Below, piece by piece: positions 51,921 to 63,732 of a stretch of 64,000 bases of DNA (position 1 is the first letter of the stretch; every line of letters begins with the position of its first letter). The notes beneath the pieces were generated by a model, which made no database searches, was not told the DNA's origin, and saw only the letters and a program-made list of their open reading frames with translations. A program made the position numbers and the translations under genes. The stretch covers positions 29,328,001 to 29,392,000 of the forward strand of contig NC_086118.1 in the NCBI RefSeq assembly GCF_963921235.1, in the 5' to 3' direction. This DNA is from Mobula hypostoma (taxonomy: Eukaryota).

Positions 51921-52152
51921 AAACACAAGGAAATCTGCAGATGCTGGAATTTCAAGCAACACACATAAAAATTGCTGGTGAACGCAGCAGGTCAGGCAGC
52001 ATCTTTTGGAAGAGGTACAGTCGACGTTTCAGGCCGAGACCCTTTGTCAGGACTAACTGAAAGAAGAGATAGTAAGAGATTTGAAAGTGGGAGGGGAAGA
52101 GGGGATCTGAAGTGATAGGAGAAGATAGGAGGGGGAGGGATGGAGCTAAGAG
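51921..52152 (-). mobile_element. Penelope-like element 3' terminal fragment with hammerhead-like motif
   Basis: Same sequence as the arms at 3317-3542, extended by a pyrimidine-rich (- strand) tract; motif at 52019-52054. Confidence 0.7.
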
Positions 52153-52281
52153 TCAATTTTGTAGGCTAACACTGGTGGACTGGATTTGTCAATCTCAAGA
52201 AACCCCAATATCTGAAGGGAAGGAGGATTAAATTTGATGAGAAATTGCGCTTCTCTCCATCCTCCTAATAGCCCATCCCTT

Positions 52282-55143
52282 TGTGTGGGGTGTGGTTTAT
52301 TTCCCACTGAAAACCACTTCTGTAGCGTTAATTGTGATTGGTCAGTTTAAAAACTGCAGCCGCTCTTCCCATTGGTTGGGTTGGGTACCACAGCACCTAG
52401 TGTCCAGTTTAAACACCTCAGGGTTTTAAAGAGTAACACGTGCAAACAATTTGCTCTGTCTTTTACTTTGTCCCTGGAAACATTGTGAAGGTATGCACCA
52501 TACACACTTTTAACTAAGTATCTGTTTGTTAACTATTTAGTTCTTAGTTTGTGTAACTTGGGGGAATGTCAATATTTGGGTGAATCTTTTCACTGAAAAA
52601 AATGCTTAATATACTTATTCACATTCAGTGTTTTCTGTCTCACTCAGCAAATTGTGAACCTGCTTCACATTACATTTTGGCGCTGCAAGCAGGGTTTGTG
52701 GTTTGAGCAGAAAATGCATTCCTTTAAAAGAGAGGAACCCCCGTATAGGAGATGCCAAGTCCCGGGTGAGATCAATAACAGTGAAGCTTTTGGGAGTTTC
52801 TCTAACCTACTGATGCGTGGTAGCTGGAAGATTGGTCTAACCAGTTAGATTTAGCCAAGGTTGAAAATGGATGCCATATTGTGTCGATACTTAAATTGTT
52901 GGGATTTCCCAAGAGAAAAGATAGCTGGTGGAATGCTTTTCGGTTGCTTGCAGTGATAGTAAGACACCTGCACCAGATTCGAGCTTTAATACAGCAGGGT
53001 GACAATCTTACTGTGTGGCTGGGGTATGGGGATGTTTGGCTGGATAATGAGAATGAGGGAGAGAGGGGTAGCATGGACCCCTCAGCTTATCCTTTGAAAT
53101 TGCCCTCGCCGCTGTGTATCTGAAACAGTATGGGCCATGCAATAATCATGTGCTCCTACGCCTGCTGTGTGAAGCATTGGCCCGTGGCTTCCTCCCAGGA
53201 GGGGGAAGAGGATCAGGAATATTTGGGGGAGGGGTACAATGGGCCCCTTTGAAACAACAGAGATCAGGGAGTTCCCTGCTAAGGAATCGGTGCGTGTAGG
53301 GGATAGGTACAGACAGAAGCCTGGACAGTCTCTGGCTGCATGGTTATTGAGTATATAGTATGAGGAGGGTAACGGCATGATCCTATCTAACATAGAGATG
53401 GCTCCATTGGGGAGCCTATTGTCCCAACATATGATCAGTAATATCCTGAGAATGCTGCTTGCTTCCCTTCAGCATAATGCATTACTCTGGGATCGAGTAG
53501 CAGCAGTGATTAGATTCAAGTAACCTTCACTCATTGAATGGAATTTAAAACCCCAAGCAGAATGGAGCATAGTAGTGGCAGGCAGTAAACCCCTTCAACT
53601 TTGGGTTCTTACAGGATGTTGAATTAACTTCCACTATGACAGGGCATTTGGTTATAGCAGCAGCTTCCCATCTAAAATGAGCAGTGCTGTCTTTAACAGC
53701 ACCAGCTGTTGGTCATCCTATAATTATGTACAGTGATTCAAATATTGCAAAGTTTGGAGTACGTAGGAGAGGGTGCACATAGCAAGGTACAGAAGTTGTA
53801 TACGCAGATGGGAAGTGGAAGATCCCACGTGACCCGTAAGGAAATGTTTCTGGCGTTGCTCAAAGCTGGGGTCCTGGAGTAGCAGGTAAATGGAGTTCCC
53901 ACCCCCACCGTCTATGCAATGTCGATGGAGTACTTCCAAGGAAAGCAAGAAAGGGAAGCCATTAATGTGAAAGGGTCATTCTTCATGCCCTCTCTTGATA
54001 AAGGCTCCTTTTGTCCGCTGCTGGATTCTTCACATTCCACTCAGCATTCCCCAGATCCCAAGCTGGAGGTATTACAAAGGACCAGGGCCAACCTTCAGCG
54101 GGAGATGGTTAGTGCCTTTGTGCCTCATCCTCATAGGGAAGGGGGGGGGGGTCATTTGACCTGCATCGCTCTTCCCTGTAAATGGTGAGAATGATTTAAA
54201 TGCAGGGAAATGTGTGAGGTGTGGCCACACATGTCAGTCTGCTTGAGTGTATGTGAGGGTTTTACCTTTAAGAGACTGTGTGAATGTGCCAAGCCCCACT
54301 CAGTTGTGTTTTTCTTCTTTTCTTGTGCTCCCTGATGAGTGTGTTTTTCCCTGTGGAAATTAACTGTTCGCTTTAATTTTTGGATTTCCATGCAAAGTTT
54401 TAGAGAAGGGAAGTACAAGCCTGGGTTTTTATTGTTTGTTTCTAATCTGTTGCTTATTTTCTTTTATATGGTTTTAGTCTGCTACTTTGTTCCCTGTGTT
54501 TTTGGTCTGTTACTTGTTTCCTATGCAATCAGTTTTAGGGCTAATTCATTTCACACTGGCCATGTGAAATTTGGGTTGATGGGGTTAGAAATTTGGGTTG
54601 GTCGTGATTGGTCAGTGTAAAAACGGCAGCCACTCTTCCCAGTCGTTGGCTTCAGTGTCACAGCACCTAATGTCCAGTTTCAAACACCTCAGGGTGTTTA
54701 AAGAGTAATACATGTGAACAGTTCACTCTCTTTTCCTTTGTCCCTGAAACCAGCGGGAAGATGTGCTCTTTTGACTAAGTATCTATTTGGTGAATATTTA
54801 ATCCTGTAGGTTGTGTAACTTGGGTAGTTTGTGTAAATTTTTTACTGTTTGTAAATAAATAATTAATATACTTATTCCCAGTCAGTGTTTTATAGAAACA
54901 TAGAAAACCTACAGCATAATACAGGCCCTTCAGCCCATAAAGCTGTGCCAAACATGTCCTTACCTGAGAAATTACCTGGGGTTACCCATAGCCCTCTATT
55001 TTTCTGAGCTCCATCTACCTGTCCAGGAGTCTCTTAAAAGACCCTATCGTATCCACCTCCACCACAGTCGCCGGTAGCCCATTCCACGCACTCACTGCTC
55101 TTCTGTCCCATTCACCAAACTGTGAACCTGCTTCAATGTTATA
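52282..55143 (+). mobile_element. Decayed non-autonomous LTR retroelement (outer boundaries approximate)
   Basis: Direct repeats about 52334-52674 and 54604-55143; the 5' copy ends TACA and is followed by PBS-like TGGCGCTGCAAGCAGGG (52678-52694); purine tract at about 54136-54152. Confidence 0.7.
54891..55100 (-). mobile_element. CR1 3' fragment inserted in the 3' LTR
   Basis: tagaaacatagaaaacctacagc tail; splits cagtgttt|ttctgtc, which is contiguous in the 5' LTR. Confidence 0.85.
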
Positions 55144-56155
55144 GCCTTAAAACATTCCAACTTTTTCACCTCCCCTGTCCCTTTTCTGGAGCTTTCTTGT
55201 GCATTTTGATGTTTCAGTCACAAGCATTCTTTGTTAAAGAACCGTATAATTGGCTTGTTTCAGTCTTTTTTTGCATTCCTTCCAAGTACACATTAAGAAC
55301 CTGAGTAAATTCAGACTGTAAATTGCTGTGATGTTCCCCTGTTCTCCCGGGGACTTCTGCAATCACTGTTAAATAGTTTGTTATGAAAACTGGGCAAGTG
55401 ACTTTGAAGAATGCAGCCCTTCAATGATGTAGAGTCATTATAGTTCTATCGCATTTCTAAAGAACTTCAGGCAACATCTTGGCATCTCTCTGTGATTCAT
55501 ATCTAAAAGACTATTATAGGTCAGCTGCTGATTAATTGACAGTATCCAATGAATTCTGGTCTCACCAATAGCAATTTAATTAATAAACAGTTAATTTGTT
55601 TAGGCATTGCTGATTGAAAGTTCTCTCCAGCCACTCCTGCTCCCTCAGAGACTAACAAGTACCATGTGCAATTTGTACATAGCTTGTTTATTGGCTCCTA
55701 GTTTTAAAGATGGGATACCAATGTACATGCTCCAACACAGAGGCTGCTTGACTTGCAGATTTCTTCCAACGACTTGCTGTGCCAACACTACTTGTGTTTG
55801 TACATGCTTGGAAACTGAGCTCCAAGGTATTGTCAACTTGTTCACTGAACATCAGAGGAGTGCCCTTGCTCTCAACACAAACAAGACCAAGACCCTCTAC
55901 AAACATGCTCTCTGCTGCTTCATACTGCCCACCAACAACAAAGGCTCAGGACATAGACCCAGAATCTGTAACTGTATCTTGAAGACGAGTTAGCCACAAT
56001 ATTGGGTCCATGATCCATGTGTTGGTTGTAATTTTCTGGTTGTATTGACTACGTCCCTAACACCATACAAACCAAGTTCTATGCAGAGCTTTATCATGAC
56101 AGCTGCATCCAAATCCTCAGTATAGTATTCCCACCAACCCATAGGATCCCCTAGC

Positions 56156-56238
56156 CAAAGGGTTCCTGACTAGGGTCCACAGACCCCCTGTTTAATGGTA
56201 TTAGTCCATGGCATTTAAAAAAAAAGTTGGGAACCCTG
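56156..56238. mobile_element. Small hAT-type MITE
   Basis: agggttcctgac ... gttgggaaccctg imperfect TIRs. Confidence 0.5.
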
Positions 56239-56392
56239 TGCTAGTCCTAGGCAGTTGAGAGAAACATTTAAGATGGTATGTGAACCTCAAGGTCATGTAT
56301 CCTGAGCTCAAAACTTCTATATGAGAGGCAGAAGGAATACTCTTATTTCACTAACTGCCTATCTATCCATCCTCTCTACCCTATCTTAGAGC

Positions 56393-56590
56393 TACAGCAT
56401 GGCAACAGGCTCACACTGCCCAGTTACCAACATGTGACCAATTAACCTACTAACCTGTGCATCTTTCGAATGTGGGAGGAAACCAGAGCAGTCATGGAGA
56501 ACGTAGAAGCACTTTGCAGACAGTGGTGGAATGGAAAGCAGGTCTCTGGTGCTGTAAAGTGTTATGTTAACTGCTGTGCTAGCACAATGG
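56393..56590 (-). mobile_element. tRNA-derived SINE fragment (V-SINE-like)
   Basis: GGTTTCCTCCCACATTCGAAAGATGCACAGGTTAGTAGGTTAATTGGTC on the - strand. Confidence 0.6.
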
Positions 56591-56699
56591 AAGCAAGTCA
56601 TCATTGGTTCAGAGGGACTGGTTAAGAAATCCCATAATCCCTTGAAATATCTGTACTCTTGATCTTAATTCTTTGGGCATCTTGAGTTTAATTGTTTCA

Positions 56700-57180
56700 T
56701 TCTTCAAAGTTCAAAGTAAATTTATTATGAAAGTATATACTGTATTCATCACTATAGACTAACTTGAGATTCATTTTCTTGTAGGCATTTACAGGAAAAT
56801 GAAGTAATAGAAAAAACATGAAAAAGAATAAATAACCAAGACTGAAAAACCAGTATGCAAAAGACAAATCATGCAACTAATATAAAAATAAATAATAAAG
56901 AAAACAGTGGTCTCGATGGTGGGAGTCCTTGATGATGGATGCTACTGTCTTGAAGTAGCACTCCTTGAAAATGTGTTCAGTAATGGGAAAGACTTTGTGA
57001 TGGACTAGGCCACTACTTTGTTGTGAACTTTTCCATTCCTGGGCATTGTTTTTTTTCCACACCAGACTGATGAATCCAGTTAGTTTACTCTCCACTGAGC
57101 ATCTGCCAAAGGTTTTCAAAGTTTGGATGACAAGCTGAATCCACACAAATTTCTAAGAGAGATGCTCTCATATCTTTGTG
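56700..57180 (-). mobile_element. Rex1-like LINE 3' fragment
   Basis: IFKECYFKTVASIIKDSHHR parallels 13140-13205; related tails at about 60900-61180 and 62200-62420. Confidence 0.5.
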
Positions 57181-58882
57181 ATGGGACTGAAGTGAAGTTA
57201 AATTTCTCCAGCGTTTCACGTTCTCTTTTCTTTAATCCTTTAAGTTGCTTCTTAACTATTTTGATGGTCACCTAAACTAGTAACTCCTTTATTATTTCGT
57301 TTCCTAGAATATGTTGCTAGATATTAGGAGAAACATCACCAGATGTTGATTTCATTGGTTATGCACAACATTGTGGCGCGACGAGCCTGTTCCTCTCCCG
57401 CTCTATACTTAAAAGAAGTTGTAAATGTTGCTACTATTCATGGTTTTGCGACATTGCATGTTTACTGTCCCTCGGTGTGACTCCATATGAAACCTCACCG
57501 CCTCCCCCCCCCCCCCCGTTTTTATTACAATGCTTTAAGGTTATAACACTGAAAAATGTGAATGTCTTATCACAAAAAATTATATTTCTGCTGAATTAAT
57601 TGATATACATTGCTTCAGATTCAGGTTACCTGCATTGTGCATGGGTAGAAATGATTGCCGAATCACGTATTCTGCAGTAAAATATTGTAGTTTATTGATG
57701 GTCTGCTTTTAATTTCCTTTCTCTTGTTCCTATTTGTGTGAAAGAGGGTAGGCAGTGATGCAAAGGGTCTACACTTCAAGGATTTGCTTCATTTTGAAGA
57801 TGCTATTAACATGTTTAGGTTTTCGCCCTGTACACTGCTCTTCGGCAGGTGCTTTTGATGGCTCCAGTTCAGCTATAACGGGGCCGCTTGTTACTCTAAA
57901 AATAAATATCGGTCGGAAACAGCAATTCGCCGATCTGCTGCTTTGAAAAACAAACATTAATAGCCAAAAGAGGGCGCTATGAAACACATTTCAGAGATTT
58001 TAAAAAAGTCAATATAAATCACACCAAGCAGCTGGAGAATGAGCGGGATAATGGGGGGGGGGGGGGGAGGGGTTGAAGGTGGAGTGCCTTCCCAATACAG
58101 AAAAGCCTTGTATAGATATTTTCCTCACAGTAACTACGTCTTTAAACCCAGCTTTCTACAAATGGCAGAGGATATAAACATTCACAAACGTTTTAAATTA
58201 GGCCCGGTATTTAATACACAATTTGCTATGTCCCAATATCATCACTCAGCTGGTGCCTTAGACCAGTTGGACACTATCCACAAATCAAACTTGGCGGCAT
58301 GTTTTTGAGTATATTCGAAGCAAATGCTTCATACTCCCTCAGTCTAGCAAATTAATTTGCTTCTTTGCAATATGCATCTCCATAATAATCGGAGCCCAAC
58401 GCCACTCGCTGCAGGCTGTCATCTGTAAACTCTCATTGGCGAATTGCTACGGACAGGTAGATCGGCGTTGGAAACTCTTGGCAAGAACGGTACTAGTTTA
58501 TTATTCTATAAAGGATTAAATCCTAACCTCCCAAACTGCCAAGGCTCTTGCCTACAGAATACCCACCATCCCTGGTCCTTATGGTTCGCTTCCGCTGTGC
58601 TTCATTCCCCATAAAATCTTAATCATATCGAATTTTAAACGTTTCTAAATGCCACCTCCTAGGCCAGTGAGCCGGTTTTAGGGATTTTTTTTTTGTAATT
58701 TGTTTAAAGACATTCGGTTGCGAGAAGACGAAATCAACTACTATTTTATAACATTATCGAATCAGCGATATAAGTGTATAATCGTCGGATGTAAGCGATT
58801 GCTGTGTAACTAAGTTTAAACGTCAGACAATAAACATGTAAAGTACATAATCAATATATACAAATTGATCTGGATATAGTTA

Positions 58883-58888
58883 TTTATT
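58883..58888 (-). terminator. Candidate rasd4 polyA signal
   Basis: AATAAA on the - strand about 500 nt after the stop; an alternative lies at 58497-58502. Confidence 0.4.
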
Positions 58889-59390
58889 CTACTTTATAAA
58901 ATAAGTACAAAATAATATAGATTTTCGGTAACAGTGTAACATCAAGATTCGGTAACTTGGAAGTATAAATAAATAGTAACACCCCGTTGCCAAACAATGC
59001 AGGGATATGAACTCTGTAAACAAAGCTATCAGGCTGCACCGTTACAGCAGATCGAGGGCTGATCAATATATCTGAAGCAACTAGTGTTAGATCATAAGAT
59101 CACCGATACAAGCTTGCAATGGAATTTACCTTAAAATATACATCAATTGGTCCCATTCAGTATCTTCACTAAAGGCAAATGTCAAAGCAATTAAATTAAC
59201 AAATAAAAACAGACTGCTTTAGATATGCCACGAATGCTCGCCTTCACTTTCAAGCACCTATAAAGTTCTCTTGCACAGTTCTCTCCACTATGGAGACGGA
59301 GTCCTTCAAGTTCTGCTCTGCAAGAAGCCTGGCGTTTAACAGCCTCTTTGATCGTGTCGAAAGAAAGTCTGCTCAGCCCGTGACTGCGGT

Positions 59391-60017
59391 CTAGGAGATG
59401 AGGCAACTGTTGGTTTTGTTCATGGGGGGCCTGGATTTGTTTCCCGCTGGAAAAGTTTCCCGTCTTCTCCGCAAGGAGGGACTCAGGCGGCTCGGCAAGT
59501 TGGCCTGTTGCAGGAGTTCCCGGAAAACTTCCGCAACATTGGCGTTGTCCTTGGCCGAGGATTCCAGGTACCGGTTGTTCCACTCCAACTCCACGAGAGA
59601 CATGACATCCTCGGTCGACACCTGCCTCTCGTTCAGGTTGTCTGTCTTATTGCCAATCACCACAATAGGAGTGTATTTATCTTCCTTGATGTCTAGGATC
59701 TCGTCCCTCAGGCTCCTCACAGCTTGGAAAGACTCAGCATCGTCCACGGCGTAGACTAGGGCGAAGGCATCGCTAGTCTGGATGGAGAGCTTCCTCATAG
59801 CCGGGAAAGAGTAGCTGCCACTCGTGTCCATGATCTCGATTTTGATTTTCATTGCCCCCACTTCGTACTCTTTGCTGTGAAGTTCGTCTACTGTCCGCTT
59901 GTACTTCGACTCAAAGGTATCGAGTAAAAATCTCCGTATCAGTGAAGTCTTCCCCACCCCAGCTGCCCCGAGGAAGACCAGCCGGACCTGACTCTTTTCC
60001 TTCACTGCGAGAGACAT
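59391..60017 (-). CDS. rasd4: RASD/Rhes-like small GTPase, 208 aa, intronless CDS
   Basis: Intact ORF with Kozak-like gccaccacgATG; G1 GAAGVGKT, G2 YKRTV, G3 DTSG, G4 NKTD, G5 SAK; polybasic LRRRR; CaaX CLIS. Termini resemble recalled fish rasd4; the exact paralog needs a tree. Confidence 0.88.
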   Translation of the reverse strand: MSLAVKEKSQVRLVFLGAAGVGKTSLIRRFLLDTFESKYKRTVDELHSKEYEVGAMKIKIEIMDTSGSYSFPAMRKLSIQTSDAFALVYAVDDAESFQAVRSLRDEILDIKEDKYTPIVVIGNKTDNLNERQVSTEDVMSLVELEWNNRYLESSAKDNANVAEVFRELLQQANLPSRLSPSLRRRRETFPAGNKSRPPMNKTNSCLIS

Positions 60018-60194
60018 CGTGGTGGCTTTGCAAACTTCTCAAGTAATGCAAAAAGCTTGCTTCTGCTGGACTAGACTTTTCCGCCTCAGTTAACTCAGAT
60101 GAACAATCGCAGCGCGGGTACAGAAGCCAAGTTCAAGCGCTGGTACCAGTGCCCTCGCCTCCAGCTCCAAGCGTCTATCCACACTCTGCATCGC

Positions 60195-60390
60195 CAGCTC
60201 CGCCTTTATCAGGGATCCGAGCTCGGTGACGCTACCCTGTGCCAGCCCTGCTCCAATCAGGGCGTCACAGGCTAATTAGCAGTAAGCAGCACCGAGTTTC
60301 CCGAAAGTCACTGTCACGTATTTGCCGCAATTTGCCCGCATGTTGATTTACTCCGAGTGCAATTAGTCACATAGCTCTGTTACGTCCCGT
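60195..60390 (-). promoter_or_regulatory. Putative rasd4 proximal promoter
   Basis: CpG-rich; TATA-like GATAAAG on the - strand (about 60204-60210); CCAAT at about 60253; CRE half-sites TGACG/CGTCA (about 60227, 60263, 60388). Confidence 0.45.
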
Positions 60391-61782
60391 CAAGACCATA
60401 ACAGAAAGGATAGCGCTTAAGAAGTTCAACAGCCTTCTCAACCCAGGTTGTTTCTAGTGAAACATTAAACAAATACAACAATGTTTGATTTGAGTAAACA
60501 ACCCCAGCGATAAAGTTTCATTCGATGTAAAAAATCTTCTACACTCCTCTTCCACCATTCACTCCGATGTGACTAATTTTGATTCATCTTCATTTATTTG
60601 CATTTGCTTTCCCTGCTTTGATAATAAAACAATATTAAGTTTCAAATAAATGATCTGATGAGTAACTTTCCCGATTTCTATCACTTTAATTCCTTAGAGG
60701 CTTGGCTCTAATTTTGGGATACGCTCTTTGTTTTGTATTTCCTACTTGTACGTTGTTTTATCATTTTAAATATTTTGTTCCGAGCGCCTCACATACAAGT
60801 GTCTCAACGGTGTATAAACCAATTTTAGGCAAATTTCTCATCAATCAACTTCTGTTAATCAATTTTTTCTTCATAATGAAAATTTTACCGTATTACACAT
60901 CAAATGTCAACATTAAAAGTAAATCATTTTCAAAGTACAGATACATTACCATACGATACCTAGAGATTCATTTTCTTGCAGAAATTTGGAGGGAAAAATA
61001 TTACCATAACCAAAAACTGCCAACCAACCATTGTGCAAAAGAAAACAGACTGTGTAAATAAAACAATACTGAGAACGAGTTATAAAATGTCCTTCTAAGT
61101 TAGCCTAAAGGTCGTAGAAACAGTTCAGAGTAGTGTGACTGAAGTTACCTATGCCAGTTCAGGAGCCTGATGGTTGTAGGGTCGTTACATGTGTTTTTAT
61201 AGAGACCTTGACAACCTAATCAAAATAACATTAACATAAAATCCCTGATTATATCATTATTTTATTGATTTAATTGTGAATTATACAAGTTTGCAACAAG
61301 AAATAGAACATTCATACCATTCACAGTGATGGAACTTATGGAAGATTATGTTATCAATATTTCATTTAAACAGAGCAAAAATGAAATCAGATGGGTCATG
61401 TAAAACTCACTTTAGGATAAGACAAAGTTGCTCACAACTCAGTCAACTTTAAAAAGTCCTTTTCTCAAACAACAAGGGCCCGTTGACTGAATTGGGTGAG
61501 CTGAGAAGTGTTAACTGAATACCCTGACTTTGTTGTCCTTGTAGACAACATTCTGGTGGGATAGGATGTTGCCAGATTTTTCCATTGAAATTCCTGGCTG
61601 CATCCTATGCCATCAGCAGCACAGACACACCACAAGGGGGCAGCGTGTTGGAGTTGGGGTGGAGTGCAGACCACCCAAGCATCAGGTTAAACACAGAGGA
61701 GGAAGCCTTCTGATTATAACCTACCAATCTCCATTAGTTCCTTCACATAGAGAAACGAGAAGCAGAATATATTCTGATCAGT

Positions 61783-61992
61783 GTAACACACATAAAATGC
61801 AGGAGGAACTGAGTAGGTTAGGCAGCATCTATAGAGAGGAGTAAACAGTCAACATTTCTGGCTGAGACCCTTCATCGGGACTGAAATATCAACTGTTTAT
61901 TTTTCTCCATCAATGCTGCCTGACCTGTTGTGTTCCTCCAGCATTTTGTGTGTGCTACTTTGGATTTCCAGGATCTGCAGAATCTCTTGTGA
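61783..61992. mobile_element. Foldback Penelope-like terminal-repeat remnant
   Basis: acacacataaaatgcaggaggaac...taaacagt and actgtttat...gttcctccagcattttgtgtgt arms. Confidence 0.7.
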
Positions 61993-63169
61993 TAATATTC
62001 TGAGCAGACGGTGTATCACTAAGACTGTCTTGGTATCATCAATAACTGAGCTGCCAGTTTCCAATCAAAGCTCAGCAGTTTTCCTACATCCTTGAACATT
62101 TGGATAGTTGATAGAAAGAGGAGGTCCCTTGAAAATCTCTCATTCTCAACAATGGCAGTGCCAAGCATAGGAGATTTACCTGCACCATGATCAGCCAGAA
62201 GACCAGAGAACCAGAATCAGGCTTATTATCACTGGCTAATGTCGTAAATGTGTTGTTTTGTAGCATCAGTACAATAAAAGAGATAAAAATTGCTATGCTC
62301 AAACAAATAAACAAAAAACTGAAAACTAGACAGATGAAAGAGGAACAGTGAGATAGTGTTCTTGGGTTCATGGACAGTTCAGAAATCTGATGGTGGAGGG
62401 GAGAAAACTGTTCCTAAAACACTAGTTGCTCTGAACGGTTCATCTCAGTTTCCTTCTGAGGTCCCCACCACCACAGAAGGCAGTCTTCAGCTGCTTCCAT
62501 TCACTTCAAACGACTATGACAAAAGAACGGAATACAGCAGAGACAATAGGGCCATGGTGCTGAAGATCTGTGCTCTAGAACCAGCTGTGACTATGGTCGA
62601 GCTATTTCAATGGGTTAAAGCATCAGCACTTACCAGGAATGTGGAAAATTGCACAAGTATGACCAGTACACAGAAGAAGGGACTGTGTTGGGTTTCATCA
62701 GAATAGCTGAGCTCTAGACCTCCTCACAATCTGGGTGCAGAAGTGAGAAGTGACTGCCCTTGATGCTGGTGCAACATTTAGATTCAGATTAATTTATCAC
62801 ATGTACCTTGAAACAAAGTGAAATGCATTATTTACCTAATGATATGCTGGGGACAGCAATATAATATGTCTACAATGTTCATTAGGACAATACAAGCAAT
62901 AACAACAACAACAATAGCAAAGTAAGTCCTGTTTCAACACACACACGCACACAGCCCAAAGAGTCCTCGGTCCCACATTCGCAGTCTAACAGAAATTAGG
63001 CCTCCACCCTCCAGTCCTTAGCCTGGGATTTGCAGTCGCAGACTCTCAGACATCAAGTCTCTGAGTTCTGGACAAGCTGACTCAGGAGCTTCAATTTTCG
63101 GACCCTGTCCTCCTGACTCACCAACTTCAGCCTTCAACCCTCGGGCTTTGACCCCTGATATTGGCAGAG

Positions 63170-63732
63170 AACATAGAAACATAGAAAGCCTACAGCACAA
63201 TGCAAGTCCTTCGGCCCACAATACTGTGCAGAATGTACTTACTTTAGAACTTACCTAGGGTTACCCATAGCCCTCTATTTTTCTAAGCTCCATGTACCTA
63301 TGCAGGCGTCTCTTAAAAGACCCTATCATAACCAGCTCCACCACCACTGCCAACAGCCCATTCCACGCACTCACCACTCTCTGTGTAAGAATCTTACCCC
63401 TGACATCTCCTCTGTACCTGCTTCCAAGCACCTTAAAACTATGCCCTCTCATGTTAGCCATTTCAGCCCGGGGAAAAAGCCTCTGACTATCCACACGATC
63501 AATGCCTCTCATCATCTTATACATCTCTATCAGGTCACCTCTCATCCTTCACCACTCCAAGGAGAAAAGGCCGAGTTCGCTCAACCTATTCTCATAGGCA
63601 TGCTCCCCAGTCCAGGCAACATCCTGGAAAATCTCCTCTGCACCCTTTCTATAGTTTCCACATCCTTCCTGTAGTGAGGTGACCAGAACTAAGCACAATA
63701 CTCCATGTGGGTCTGACCAGGGTCCTGTATAG
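63170..63732 (-). mobile_element. CR1 3' fragment
   Basis: MRGDLIEMYKMMRGIDRVD...RGHSFK ORF2 C-terminus and ttctatg tail. Confidence 0.9.

Noticed and set aside
59191..60046. Alternative-frame and antisense ORFs over rasd4
   Set aside because: Shadow ORFs of a GC-rich coding sequence
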